NCBI GenBank assembly: GCA_964551975.1
Contig: CAZKFI010000007.1
Span: 1-56,234 of the forward strand
DNA: 56,234 bases
Source of the DNA: an uncultured Bifidobacteriaceae bacterium
GTDB lineage: Bacteria; Actinomycetota; Actinomycetes; S36-B12
Direction of reading: 5' to 3'
The position numbers and the translations under genes are program-made. How positions within the stretch are numbered: position 1 is the first letter of the stretch; every line of letters begins with the position of its first letter. Shown here piece by piece: positions 42,557-51,230 of this stretch. The notes under the pieces were generated by a model. It saw only the letters and a program-made list of their open reading frames with translations, was not told where the DNA came from and did not search any database.

Positions 42557-44737
42557 ATGCGTTCGGTTCGATTCATCGGGTTGAGATTCAGTGCGTTGAG
42601 GTTCAGCGTGTTGAGGTTCCGTGCGTTGAGGCTGGGCGTGCTCTCTGGCGCGTTACTCATTAGTGGCCTCGTCCTCCCCGTGCATCCTGCTCATGCAGAC
42701 ACCACTCCTGGCCTTGACGTTTCCATCCAAACTCTTGCACCGCTAATCCCTCGCGAAGCCTCAACAGTTCGGGTAGCCGGCCAGATCACCAACCTGACCG
42801 GTGAGGTCGTCGAGTCGGTGGTTGTTCGACTCCGTGTCGGTACCGCACCCCTGGCCGACGAGGCGGCCGTTGCCAACGTGATCGCGACAGCCACAGATCT
42901 CGGTGAGAGTGTTCCGACTCGCACAGCGACTGCCTGGGTGACGATTGCCCAGGAACTCCTGCCCGGCGCTCAGGAACGGTTCACGATTGCGTTACCCATC
43001 GAAGCCCTACAGCTGTCAACCCCGGGGGTGTACGCCCTTGGCGTGGAGGGCGTTGCTCGCACCGTGACCGATGGAGGCACGGTCGAAGGAGTGCAGCGAA
43101 GTCTGCTGCCCTGGTTTCCACAGGTTGGTGTCCAGACACGGAAACTCTCCGTGGCCTGGTTGTGGCCGTTGGCAACACCTCCAGCCTGGGATGCAAACAC
43201 TGTGCTACTCGACGGCACACTGCCCGATGCTCTCTCAACGGGCGGTCGTCTGCGGGCTCTCCTCGACATCGGCGTTCGCTACCCGAACCTGCTGACCTGG
43301 GTTGCTGATCCAGCGCTACTCCAAATGACTGCTGACATGCAGGACGGCTACCTGGTGCGAACCCCGGAGGGCATCCTCCCCGGAGAGCAGGCACTCGCGG
43401 CACAGACCTGGATGGCGGACTTCCAACGCGTGATCAACGCCGTGCAGGCAGATCGACTCACCAACAGTCAACAACCGGAGCCGGCACTTCACGTTCTGCC
43501 CTACGCCTTCATTGATGCATCGGCCGCGCGACGTGCAGACCTTGGCCCTGACGTCGTGCAAGCCGTCACCATGGGTTCAGCGGTGACACTCGCCAGCACT
43601 GGGCTCAATGCCGCCAACAACCTCTACTGGGCCCCGGGTGGTCGACTGGACCGACAGACTGCCGCACTCCTTGCGTCAGCGGGCACCCGCTACGTCGTCT
43701 TGGGACAACAGGCAGTTGCTGTGTCCACGTCCACTCCTGAGCCAATGCGGCCCTTCGCCCCGGCGGTTCCCGGACTCATCGCACTGCTACCCGACCCTGA
43801 ACTCCAGACGATCATCACCCGGAATGCGGTCACTGCCGAGGCAGTGCTCCTCGCACGACAGCAGTTCCTGGCCACGACAGCACTGCGCAGTTCCAGTTCC
43901 CCCAACGCCAGCGTCATCCTCACTGCAGGCAGTCCGGACATCACAGCCAATCCCCGAGTACTCGCCGCCCTGCTGCGTGCCACGGCCCTGGCACCGTGGC
44001 TGCAGGCGGTCAATCTGTCGGAGATGACCAGTGCTCAACCTGGTGGTGGTTACACCTACGGAGCTGCCGCACGTGAATCCGAACTCCCGGGGTCCTACCT
44101 GGCTCGCGTACGACAAACACAACAACGACTCGAGCGTTTCGTTGCGGTTCTCAGTGATCCCACCCAGATCTTCGAGGCGTTCACTCAGGCGCTCCTGCGT
44201 TCCCAATCGGCCGCTTGGCGAACTCAGCCCATGGTGGGTGAGCAACTCCTGACGACCGTGTCGGTCCAACTTGACGAACGTCGAAGTGGCGTCGAGGTCC
44301 TCAGTGGTCGAACCGTCACGCTCTCGGGAGACTCTGGACGTATTCCCGTCACCATCGTGAACAACCTAGATCAGCCTGTCGATGTGGGTCTTCGTCTCAT
44401 TGGCGACCCACGCGTGCGTCTGACCTCCCAGGCAGTGCCAACGTTCAGCATTGCCCCGGGACGAACCACGAGTGTGGACATCCCCGTTCGTGTGGCCGGC
44501 AGTGAACCGCTGAGGGTCAGTGTTCAGGTGCTCACACCGGCCGGGAACGTGTTCCGCACAGCACCGGTGGGCACCGTCTACTCCGCGGCATACGCCAGAG
44601 CGGCAGCCTGGGTGATCGTTTTGGCATTCGCTGCCATCATCATCTTCGTGCTGTTTGGTGTATCCCGGCGAATCATCGCCGCACGTCGAGCTGTCAGCGG
44701 TTCATCTGCTGACCCCGACCACTCAGATACTCAGTGA
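42557..44737 (+). CDS. DUF6049-family secreted/anchored protein (Rv3909-like)
   Basis: About 727 aa with an N-terminal signal ending 'VHPAHA/DTT' and a C-terminal TM 'AAWVIVLAFAAIIIFVLFGV'. Its position between cca and murJ matches Mtb and Streptomyces. The start is uncertain (ATG 42557 or 42503). The track start at 42416 overlaps the divergent cca. Confidence 0.65.
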   Translation: MRSVRFIGLRFSALRFSVLRFRALRLGVLSGALLISGLVLPVHPAHADTTPGLDVSIQTLAPLIPREASTVRVAGQITNLTGEVVESVVVRLRVGTAPLADEAAVANVIATATDLGESVPTRTATAWVTIAQELLPGAQERFTIALPIEALQLSTPGVYALGVEGVARTVTDGGTVEGVQRSLLPWFPQVGVQTRKLSVAWLWPLATPPAWDANTVLLDGTLPDALSTGGRLRALLDIGVRYPNLLTWVADPALLQMTADMQDGYLVRTPEGILPGEQALAAQTWMADFQRVINAVQADRLTNSQQPEPALHVLPYAFIDASAARRADLGPDVVQAVTMGSAVTLASTGLNAANNLYWAPGGRLDRQTAALLASAGTRYVVLGQQAVAVSTSTPEPMRPFAPAVPGLIALLPDPELQTIITRNAVTAEAVLLARQQFLATTALRSSSSPNASVILTAGSPDITANPRVLAALLRATALAPWLQAVNLSEMTSAQPGGGYTYGAAARESELPGSYLARVRQTQQRLERFVAVLSDPTQIFEAFTQALLRSQSAAWRTQPMVGEQLLTTVSVQLDERRSGVEVLSGRTVTLSGDSGRIPVTIVNNLDQPVDVGLRLIGDPRVRLTSQAVPTFSIAPGRTTSVDIPVRVAGSEPLRVSVQVLTPAGNVFRTAPVGTVYSAAYARAAAWVIVLAFAAIIIFVLFGVSRRIIAARRAVSGSSADPDHSDTQ
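42580..42639. repeat. 4 x 15-nt tandem repeat (GTTGAGATTCAGTGC GTTGAGGTTCAGCGT GTTGAGGTTCCGTGC GTTGAGGCTGGGCGT)
   Basis: Read directly. In frame it encodes LRFSA LRFSV LRFRA LRLGV in the n-region of the DUF6049 signal peptide. Confidence 0.9.
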
Positions 44738-44749
44738 GTTGGGCACCCG

Positions 44750-46441
44750 ATGAGCGATGACCAACCAAATGCGCCAACATCCCTGGCGCGAACCAGTTCG
44801 GCGATGGCGCTGGGCACGGTCATCTCGAAGATCACCGGAGTACTGCGCGATGTAGCAGCCGCGGCTGCACTGGGTTTCTACATCGTCGCCGATGCATTTT
44901 CTCTGGGAAACAGCCTGCCAACAATCGTCTACATCCTGTTGATCGGCGGCGCCCTCAACGCGGTGTTTGTTCCGCAGTTGGTTCGTCGGATGAAGGAGGA
45001 TCCAGACGGCGGTACCGGGTACGCGGACCGCCTCATCACGGCCGCCGGCCTTGCACTCATCACCTTGGCGGTGCTCGTCGTTATCGCAGCGCCATGGATT
45101 GTCGATCTCTACACACCGGATGACTACCCAACTGGCGCCTACGACCTCGCGGTGGCGTTCGCTCGACTCTGCCTGCCGCAGATCATTTTCTACGGCCTGT
45201 ATGCCATGTTGACGCAGGTACTGAACGCCCGGGGCACCTTCGGCCTACCGATGTTCGCCCCGATTGCCAACAATGTCATCGCCATCAGCACGTTTCTACT
45301 GTTCATCTTCATTGCTGGCACCTCGGCTGCTGCCGATGGCCAGCTCTCCCCGGATCAGGTCCTGCTGTTGGGTATCGGCACCACACTCGGTGTCACCATT
45401 CAGGCCGTCATCCTTATTCCGGTCTTGCGTCGATCCGGCTACCGCTGGAGACCCCGGTTCGACTGGCGCGACTCAGGACTGGGTCACGCCTCCCGACTGG
45501 CACTGTGGACCCTTGGTCTTGTCTTGGTCAATCAACTCGCGTACCTCGTGATCACCCGCTTGACCGTGCAGGCAAACGTCAACGCTGCCGCTGCCGGTGA
45601 AGTAGCTGCTGGCCTCACGACCTATCAGAAGGCCCACTTAGTCTTCATCCTCCCGCACAGCGTCTTCACGGTGTCACTCGTTGGCGCAGCCCTGCCTTTA
45701 CTCAGTCGACTTGCTCATGCGGGTGACTACCGCCAAGTGGGGACGGAAGTTGGCCGTATTGCACGCATCGTTGTCGCACTCATCGTTCCCGTGGCAGTCG
45801 TGCTTGCCGTTGAGGGACCCAAGGTCGCACTACTGCTCTTCGGGTACGGAGCCGCCACCCCAGATCAGGCAACGCTGCTGGGCTCCATCGTGGCAATCTT
45901 CATGATCGGACTGCTGCCCTTCACGTTGGTCTACGTCTGCCTGCGTGGGTTCTATGCCTTGGAGGACACCCGAACGCCCTTCTGGTTGGCAGTGCTCTTC
46001 AGTGCTTTGTGGTTGGCCCTTGCTCTCCCGCTCTTCACGATCGCATCACCTGGTGGGCCACAGATCGGCGCCATCGCCTTGGCCTACGGCCTGGCCTACT
46101 GGTTCACGCTGCTGGTCGCCTGGTTGCTGCTTCGGAGGCGGCTCGGAACCCTGGCTACTGCCGCGACATGTAGGTCAGTTGCTCGACTCCTGCTTGCTGG
46201 TGGTTGCGCAGCGGCCATCATGATCGGTGTGCAAGGGCTCACGATCCCCGCCCTCGAGCGTGCCCTGGGCGAGGCGAGCCTGCTCGGCTCTCACGTGGAC
46301 GACCGACTCATCCTGCTGGTCTCTGTGCTGGTCATGTCGGTGATTGGGTGTTTGGCCTACGTGCTGGCTGCACGTCTGCTTCGTGCACCGGAGGTCATCG
46401 ATGCTTGGTTGCTCATCCGTCGTCGACTGGTTCGCTCGTGA
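44750..46441 (+). CDS. murJ: lipid II flippase MurJ (MviN)
   Basis: 563 aa with 14 TM segments. The N-terminus 'ISKITGVLRDVAAAAALG' and 'LPTIVYILLIGGALNAVFVPQL' are typical of MurJ. Confidence 0.85.
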   Translation: MSDDQPNAPTSLARTSSAMALGTVISKITGVLRDVAAAAALGFYIVADAFSLGNSLPTIVYILLIGGALNAVFVPQLVRRMKEDPDGGTGYADRLITAAGLALITLAVLVVIAAPWIVDLYTPDDYPTGAYDLAVAFARLCLPQIIFYGLYAMLTQVLNARGTFGLPMFAPIANNVIAISTFLLFIFIAGTSAAADGQLSPDQVLLLGIGTTLGVTIQAVILIPVLRRSGYRWRPRFDWRDSGLGHASRLALWTLGLVLVNQLAYLVITRLTVQANVNAAAAGEVAAGLTTYQKAHLVFILPHSVFTVSLVGAALPLLSRLAHAGDYRQVGTEVGRIARIVVALIVPVAVVLAVEGPKVALLLFGYGAATPDQATLLGSIVAIFMIGLLPFTLVYVCLRGFYALEDTRTPFWLAVLFSALWLALALPLFTIASPGGPQIGAIALAYGLAYWFTLLVAWLLLRRRLGTLATAATCRSVARLLLAGGCAAAIMIGVQGLTIPALERALGEASLLGSHVDDRLILLVSVLVMSVIGCLAYVLAARLLRAPEVIDAWLLIRRRLVRS

Positions 46442-48039
46442 ATGACTCAATCGCATCGGATGCTTCCCTCACTGGGTTCGGTCGCTATGAACTCGAGGAC
46501 CGGCTTGAGGAACGTCAGCAGGAACTGCAGTCGCAGGTGCGTAGTTGGCGTGGACGTGATCGCGTGCTTGATCGGCAGGTCCTCATCCGGGTCGTGCGGG
46601 GACCCTTGCGTGAGGTCGCTGAGGCAGCAGCGCGAACCGCTGCAGTTATCGAGGACCAGCGCCTAACCCGCGTGTTGGACATCGTCCCCTTACCGGCAGG
46701 AACCCGAATCGTGCCCCAGGGTGAGCCTTTGACTGAACCTGCAACCGCCCTGGTCAGTGAGTGGGCGGAAGGATTGACGCTGCCGGAGATCATGGACGTG
46801 CCAGGCCAGAAGGCACTCTCACCGGCACGAACCTTGGCCATCATTGATGCAGTCTCTGCCGCGCTGGTGACCGCTTCGGCACGAGGAGTGCAGCACGGAC
46901 GATTGACTCCAGAGCATGTCCTAGTAGGGCCCGACGAGAGCGTGCGGGTCCGTGGATTGGCTGTCGATGCTGCGCTCTTTGGTGCGTGGCCCCGGCCTGT
47001 TGGTTCCACTGACATTGCTTCCGTTGACGTTGCTGCCACTGACGCTGCGTCCATTGACGCTGCATCGATTAACGCTGGTTCCGTTGATTTGGGTTCCACC
47101 GATGTCGCCGCACTGACACACCTGCTGTACCTGCTCTCAACGGGAAGTGAGCCAACGAGCACCGCAGGGGGTGACGAAGCCGAGAAACCGAACGACCCAC
47201 CCTCCTGGCTCAATCCGGCCGTGCCGAAGCAGATCGACCTGGTAGTTGCGCAGGTATTCGACGGCAGCTACCGCTCAGCGTGGAATCGCTCGGACGTTCA
47301 AGGGTTCCGCACTGCATTGGGGTTGGTTGGACCATCCGCGCCAAGGCGGCGTACCAGTACCTGGGGTCGACTCCCGCACACGGGGCGGCGCGTTCTTGCC
47401 GTGTTCGGTGCTGCAGCCGTGGTTGCTGGCATCTTCACAACCGGTGCCGTGTTGCTGACAATAGGTCCGCCGGCTTGGCAGCCGCAGGATCCGGAAATCA
47501 CCAGTCTGTTAACCAGCCCAGTCGTCGCCCCAACTGCGTCGGAAGAACCTGTCACCAATCAACCACTCGTCATTGAACGTATACGTTCTTACGACCCGTA
47601 TGACGATGACAACGACGATGGTAGGCCCGATGGCCGCAAAGGTCGGGAGAACAACAAAGCCGCCGACGCAGCCATTGATGGTGATCCAATGACGCGCTGG
47701 TCATCGAATACCTATCGCGCAGCGGACGCCGACGGGAAAGGTGGAGTGGGACTGGTCGTGGAACTCGCCGAAGCCAGCACCGTTCAGGGCGTTGACCTTG
47801 ACTTCAGTTCCGTGGGTTCGGCGGTGGATGTGAAGGTCGGGGACGATATCTGGCCTGATCCTGATCTCTGGACGGACTACGCCTCAGCCCCAGCCGGTGA
47901 TCGTCAGATCAGCATCCGGGGACCGAGGCCGGTCAAGGGCAAATACCTGCTGTTGTGGTTCCCAGAACTGCCGCCCACGCCGGAGGATCCCGACCGATTC
48001 CAGGTGCGTGTGGCCGAGGTGTCCGTGCGGGGCGAGTAG
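46438..48039 (+). CDS. MviN-associated pseudokinase with one TM and an extracellular discoidin/CBM-like domain
   Basis: The GTG start overlaps the murJ TGA (GTGA). The kinase-like fold has degenerate motifs: no Gly loop, 'HGRLTPEHVLV' instead of HRDLKPxN, and 'RGLAVD' instead of DFG. The TM is 'VLAVFGAAAVVAGIFTTGAVLL'. The C-terminal domain has 'AIDGDPMTRWSSNTY'. Confidence 0.75.
   Translation: MNDSIASDASLTGFGRYELEDRLEERQQELQSQVRSWRGRDRVLDRQVLIRVVRGPLREVAEAAARTAAVIEDQRLTRVLDIVPLPAGTRIVPQGEPLTEPATALVSEWAEGLTLPEIMDVPGQKALSPARTLAIIDAVSAALVTASARGVQHGRLTPEHVLVGPDESVRVRGLAVDAALFGAWPRPVGSTDIASVDVAATDAASIDAASINAGSVDLGSTDVAALTHLLYLLSTGSEPTSTAGGDEAEKPNDPPSWLNPAVPKQIDLVVAQVFDGSYRSAWNRSDVQGFRTALGLVGPSAPRRRTSTWGRLPHTGRRVLAVFGAAAVVAGIFTTGAVLLTIGPPAWQPQDPEITSLLTSPVVAPTASEEPVTNQPLVIERIRSYDPYDDDNDDGRPDGRKGRENNKAADAAIDGDPMTRWSSNTYRAADADGKGGVGLVVELAEASTVQGVDLDFSSVGSAVDVKVGDDIWPDPDLWTDYASAPAGDRQISIRGPRPVKGKYLLLWFPELPPTPEDPDRFQVRVAEVSVRGE
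46999..47118. repeat. 8 x 15-nt in-frame tandem repeat (VGSTD IASVD VAATD AASID AASIN AGSVD LGSTD VAALT)
   Basis: Read directly. It sits immediately after the degenerate DFG-equivalent of the pseudokinase. Confidence 0.9.
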
Positions 48040-48058
48040 CCCACTAGCCTGCGTTGAC

Positions 48059-48691
48059 GTGGCAGGCATTGTCGGCGGTTCCGCTGACGAGCAACTCGAC
48101 CCGGAGATCCCGGATGCTGATCTCCTGGCTGCCCACATCGCTGGTGATCCGCAGGCCTTCACCACGCTGGTGCAACGCCATCGTGATCGTCTCTGGGCGG
48201 TAGCCCTGCGCACGACTGGTGACCCGGAAGAGGCTGCCGATGCTCTGCAGGACGCGCTGATCTCGGCGTTTCGCCGCGCCGATCAATTCCGAGGAGAGGC
48301 CGCCGTCACCACCTGGTTGCATCGCATCGTGGTCAACGCGAGCCTGGATCGACTCAGGAGACGCAATGTCCGAGCCACAGTCCCAATGCCGGAGGAATGG
48401 GATTCACGCTTACCCGATCCCTCGGACCCCCTAGAGACGCTGGGTCAACGCTGGGCAATTACCCAGGCGCTCGCCGAACTCCCTGAGGACCAGCGGGCTG
48501 CGGTCCTCCTGGTTGACGTGGAGGGCTATGCGGTGGAAGAGGCAGCACGCCTGCTCGGTTGCCCTCCCGGGACCGTCAAGAGCCGGTGCTCCCGCGGTCG
48601 GGCAAGGCTCGCAATTCGTCTGGCAAGTCTTCGGAACCCAGACGAACCCAACACCGTCAGAGGCATCGAGGGAGGACGGAAACGTGGCTGA
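48059..48691 (+). CDS. sigM: ECF RNA polymerase sigma factor (SigM-like by synteny)
   Basis: Region 2 is 'AADALQDALISAFR...TWLHRIVVNASLDRLRR'. Region 4 is 'LLVDVEGYAVEEAARLLGCPPGTVKSRCSRGRARL'. GTG 48059 is the first start after the upstream stop. Confidence 0.8.
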   Translation: MAGIVGGSADEQLDPEIPDADLLAAHIAGDPQAFTTLVQRHRDRLWAVALRTTGDPEEAADALQDALISAFRRADQFRGEAAVTTWLHRIVVNASLDRLRRRNVRATVPMPEEWDSRLPDPSDPLETLGQRWAITQALAELPEDQRAAVLLVDVEGYAVEEAARLLGCPPGTVKSRCSRGRARLAIRLASLRNPDEPNTVRGIEGGRKRG

Positions 48692-49784
48692 CGACGGTCG
48701 AAATTCGGGCACACCGCAGGGCGGTGGCGGTCCCGATCGCGGCCTGCCCGACCCCCGTCAATCCGATCCCCGCCTGTCCGACCCTGCGCCCAGCGAGCCA
48801 GCACCCTCGCTGCCTGCGGACAACGTTGCTCTCGCGGACTTCACGATTCGCCGGGAACTGGCCGATCTGACGTTCCTTCGCGCGGAACCTGAGACCACCC
48901 ACCATGGATCCGCGATGCCTGAGGACGTATGGCTGCGACTCAGCCAGGTGATGTCCGCGGAGCAGGAGCGACGCAGCACCGGATGGCGACGGCGTCCCCG
49001 AATTCTTACCGCCGTCGTCGCGGCAGCTGCCGTCGTCATCGCCGGTGGCGTCGTTGTCCAAAGCCGGCAGAGCGCAGAGCCGGCCCTGGTGGCCTCCGAC
49101 GCACTGGCGCCGGTCGTGACTTCTGCCAGCAGGCAGGCAGAACCGGCCGAGAATGACCCCGCCGCTGCGCCGGGAAATAGTGCCAACGGTGCCGATTCTT
49201 CGAACCTTCCTGGGTCCGCCGAACTCCCTGCGGTCAAGGGCAACGTCGTCCCGGGCGGCTCCGCTGGGGAGGGGCCGTTCGGTGCCGGGGAATCTGGCGA
49301 ACTGGGCAGTGGTCAACTTGGGAACATTGCGCCGGCACGCCGAGTCCTGGCGAGCGGTACGGATTACCGGCCGGAGACCCTCGGTGACCAGGTTGAGGCG
49401 CTACTGAGTCGTCTCGGGGTCACCACGCAGCGGCAGCTCGAGGAGCTCCCCCAGCAAAACGGCCCTCTGACAGTTGGCTCGAGTGGCTTCACGGCCACAG
49501 AGCAGGCACTGCAGGGCTGTCTGTTCACCCTGCGTGGACCCATCGCCGCCAGTGCCGACCAGGCCTACCTGGTAGATCGCGCCACCTTCGCCGGCCAGGA
49601 CGTCGGGTTGATCCTGCTGCCCGTACGCGATGCATCCCGACCCTTGGTCGCCCCTGACCCCTCAGCGCTGCTCACAGGAAGTTCCGGCAAGGTCGATATC
49701 TGGATCGTCACCCCAGCCTGTGGTCCACTTGGCGCCACATCGGTGCACCACCTGTTGCACACCTTGTCCCTGCCGAAACAGTAG
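48684..49784 (+). CDS. putative membrane anti-sigma factor (non-ZAS)
   Basis: The GTG start overlaps the sigM end by 8 nt and GAGGGAGGA lies upstream. There is a single TM 'ILTAVVAAAAVVIAGGVVV' and no HxxxCxxC. The call rests on position and topology only. Confidence 0.55.
   Translation: MADDGRNSGTPQGGGGPDRGLPDPRQSDPRLSDPAPSEPAPSLPADNVALADFTIRRELADLTFLRAEPETTHHGSAMPEDVWLRLSQVMSAEQERRSTGWRRRPRILTAVVAAAAVVIAGGVVVQSRQSAEPALVASDALAPVVTSASRQAEPAENDPAAAPGNSANGADSSNLPGSAELPAVKGNVVPGGSAGEGPFGAGESGELGSGQLGNIAPARRVLASGTDYRPETLGDQVEALLSRLGVTTQRQLEELPQQNGPLTVGSSGFTATEQALQGCLFTLRGPIAASADQAYLVDRATFAGQDVGLILLPVRDASRPLVAPDPSALLTGSSGKVDIWIVTPACGPLGATSVHHLLHTLSLPKQ
48750..48809. repeat. 4 x 15-nt in-frame repeat (DPRQS DPRLS DPAPS EPAPS)
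   Basis: GACCCCCGTCAATCC GATCCCCGCCTGTCC GACCCTGCGCCCAGC GAGCCAGCACCCTCG. Confidence 0.85.
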
Positions 49785-49838
49785 GTGCCCAGGTGCGTGT
49801 TTCCCGGACCGCACTGCGACACCGTCACCTGAAAGACT

Positions 49839-50789
49839 ATGGGCATGAGCGATGCAGGCGACGTACGTGAACTGATCATCGTCGGATCCGGTCCAGCCGG
49901 CTACACCGCAGCCGTCTACGCGGCACGTGCACAGTTACAGCCTTTGCTCCTAGAAGGTTCAGTCACCGCTGGCGGTGCACTGATGAACACCACCGAGGTC
50001 GAGAACTTCCCTGGGTTCCCGGAGGGAATCATGGGGCCGGCACTCATGGAAAACATCCGTGCCCAAGCTGATCGATTCGGTACGACCTTCGTAACGGATG
50101 ACGCCACGAAGTTGCAGTTGTCCGGTGCAATCAAGACCGTTGAAGACGGCAGTGGGCGTACCTACCGGGCGAAAGCCGTGATCCTTGCCATGGGTTCGGG
50201 TTACCGGGAACTTGGTCTACCGGATGAGAAGCGACTGTCAGGTCACGGTGTCTCGTGGTGCGCCACCTGCGACGGCTTCTTCTTCCGTGACCAGGACATC
50301 GCAGTAGTTGGAGGTGGTGACTCGGCGCTTGAGGAGGCAACCTTCCTCACACGATTCGCCCGCTCTGTCACGTTGATCCACCGTAGGGACACCTTGCGAG
50401 CAAGCAAGATCATGCAGCAGCGTGCCCTCGACAATCCGAAGATCACCGTGGCGTGGAACTCAGCGGTCGTGGCGTTGCAAGGAGACACCAAGCTCAGCGG
50501 AGTCACTCTGCAGGACACCGTCACTGGGCAACAGCGGGATCTGGCCGTCACCGGACTCTTCGTCGCCATCGGGCACGACCCCAGATCTGAACTCGTCCGC
50601 AGCATCGTCGACTGTGATGAAGCCGGTTACGTGTTGGTCCAGGCACCCACCACCCACACTTCACTGCCCGGTGTCTTCGCTTGCGGGGATCTCGTGGATC
50701 ACCGCTACCGGCAGGCCATCACCGCGGCAGGCACGGGATGCGCCGCTGCGCTGGATGCCGAGCGCTACCTGGCTGAGGCACACGGATAA
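49839..50789 (+). CDS. trxB: thioredoxin-disulfide reductase
   Basis: '[13 protein letters not shown]', redox 'CATCDG', '[12 protein letters not shown]' and 'VFACGD'. Confidence 0.95.
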   Translation: MGMSDAGDVRELIIVGSGPAGYTAAVYAARAQLQPLLLEGSVTAGGALMNTTEVENFPGFPEGIMGPALMENIRAQADRFGTTFVTDDATKLQLSGAIKTVEDGSGRTYRAKAVILAMGSGYRELGLPDEKRLSGHGVSWCATCDGFFFRDQDIAVVGGGDSALEEATFLTRFARSVTLIHRRDTLRASKIMQQRALDNPKITVAWNSAVVALQGDTKLSGVTLQDTVTGQQRDLAVTGLFVAIGHDPRSELVRSIVDCDEAGYVLVQAPTTHTSLPGVFACGDLVDHRYRQAITAAGTGCAAALDAERYLAEAHG

Positions 50790-50875
50790 CGGCTGCACGG
50801 TCTGATGCGTAACCCTGCATCACTGCCGGGGCCAAGTAGGCTGCAACCCGAACCACGGGCACAGAGAGGGAGACC

Positions 50876-51196
50876 ATGGGTGCTACGAAGGTCGTTTCGG
50901 ATGCCACATTCCAAGCTGATGTGCTGAACAGCGCGAAGCCGGTTCTGGTCGATTTCTGGGCGGAGTGGTGCGGTCCCTGCCGGATGGTGGCACCCATTCT
51001 CGAGGAGATTGCGGCAGAGAACGACGGATTAGTCATCGCCAAACTCAATGTCGACGAGAACCCCCAAACTGCTGCGAGCTACGGCATCACGTCAATCCCC
51101 ACGATGAACGTTTACCAGGGCGGTCAGGTCGTCAAGACCATCGTCGGTGCCAAGCCGAAGGCTGCACTCCTGGCCGATCTCGCCCCCTACCTGTAG
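50876..51196 (+). CDS. trxA: thioredoxin
   Basis: 'VLVDFWAEWCGPCRMVAP' and 'IPTMNVYQGGQ'. Confidence 0.95.
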   Translation: MGATKVVSDATFQADVLNSAKPVLVDFWAEWCGPCRMVAPILEEIAAENDGLVIAKLNVDENPQTAASYGITSIPTMNVYQGGQVVKTIVGAKPKAALLADLAPYL

Positions 51197-51230
51197 GCGG
51201 CTGCGTTCAATCAGCGAAGTCATCGACCAC

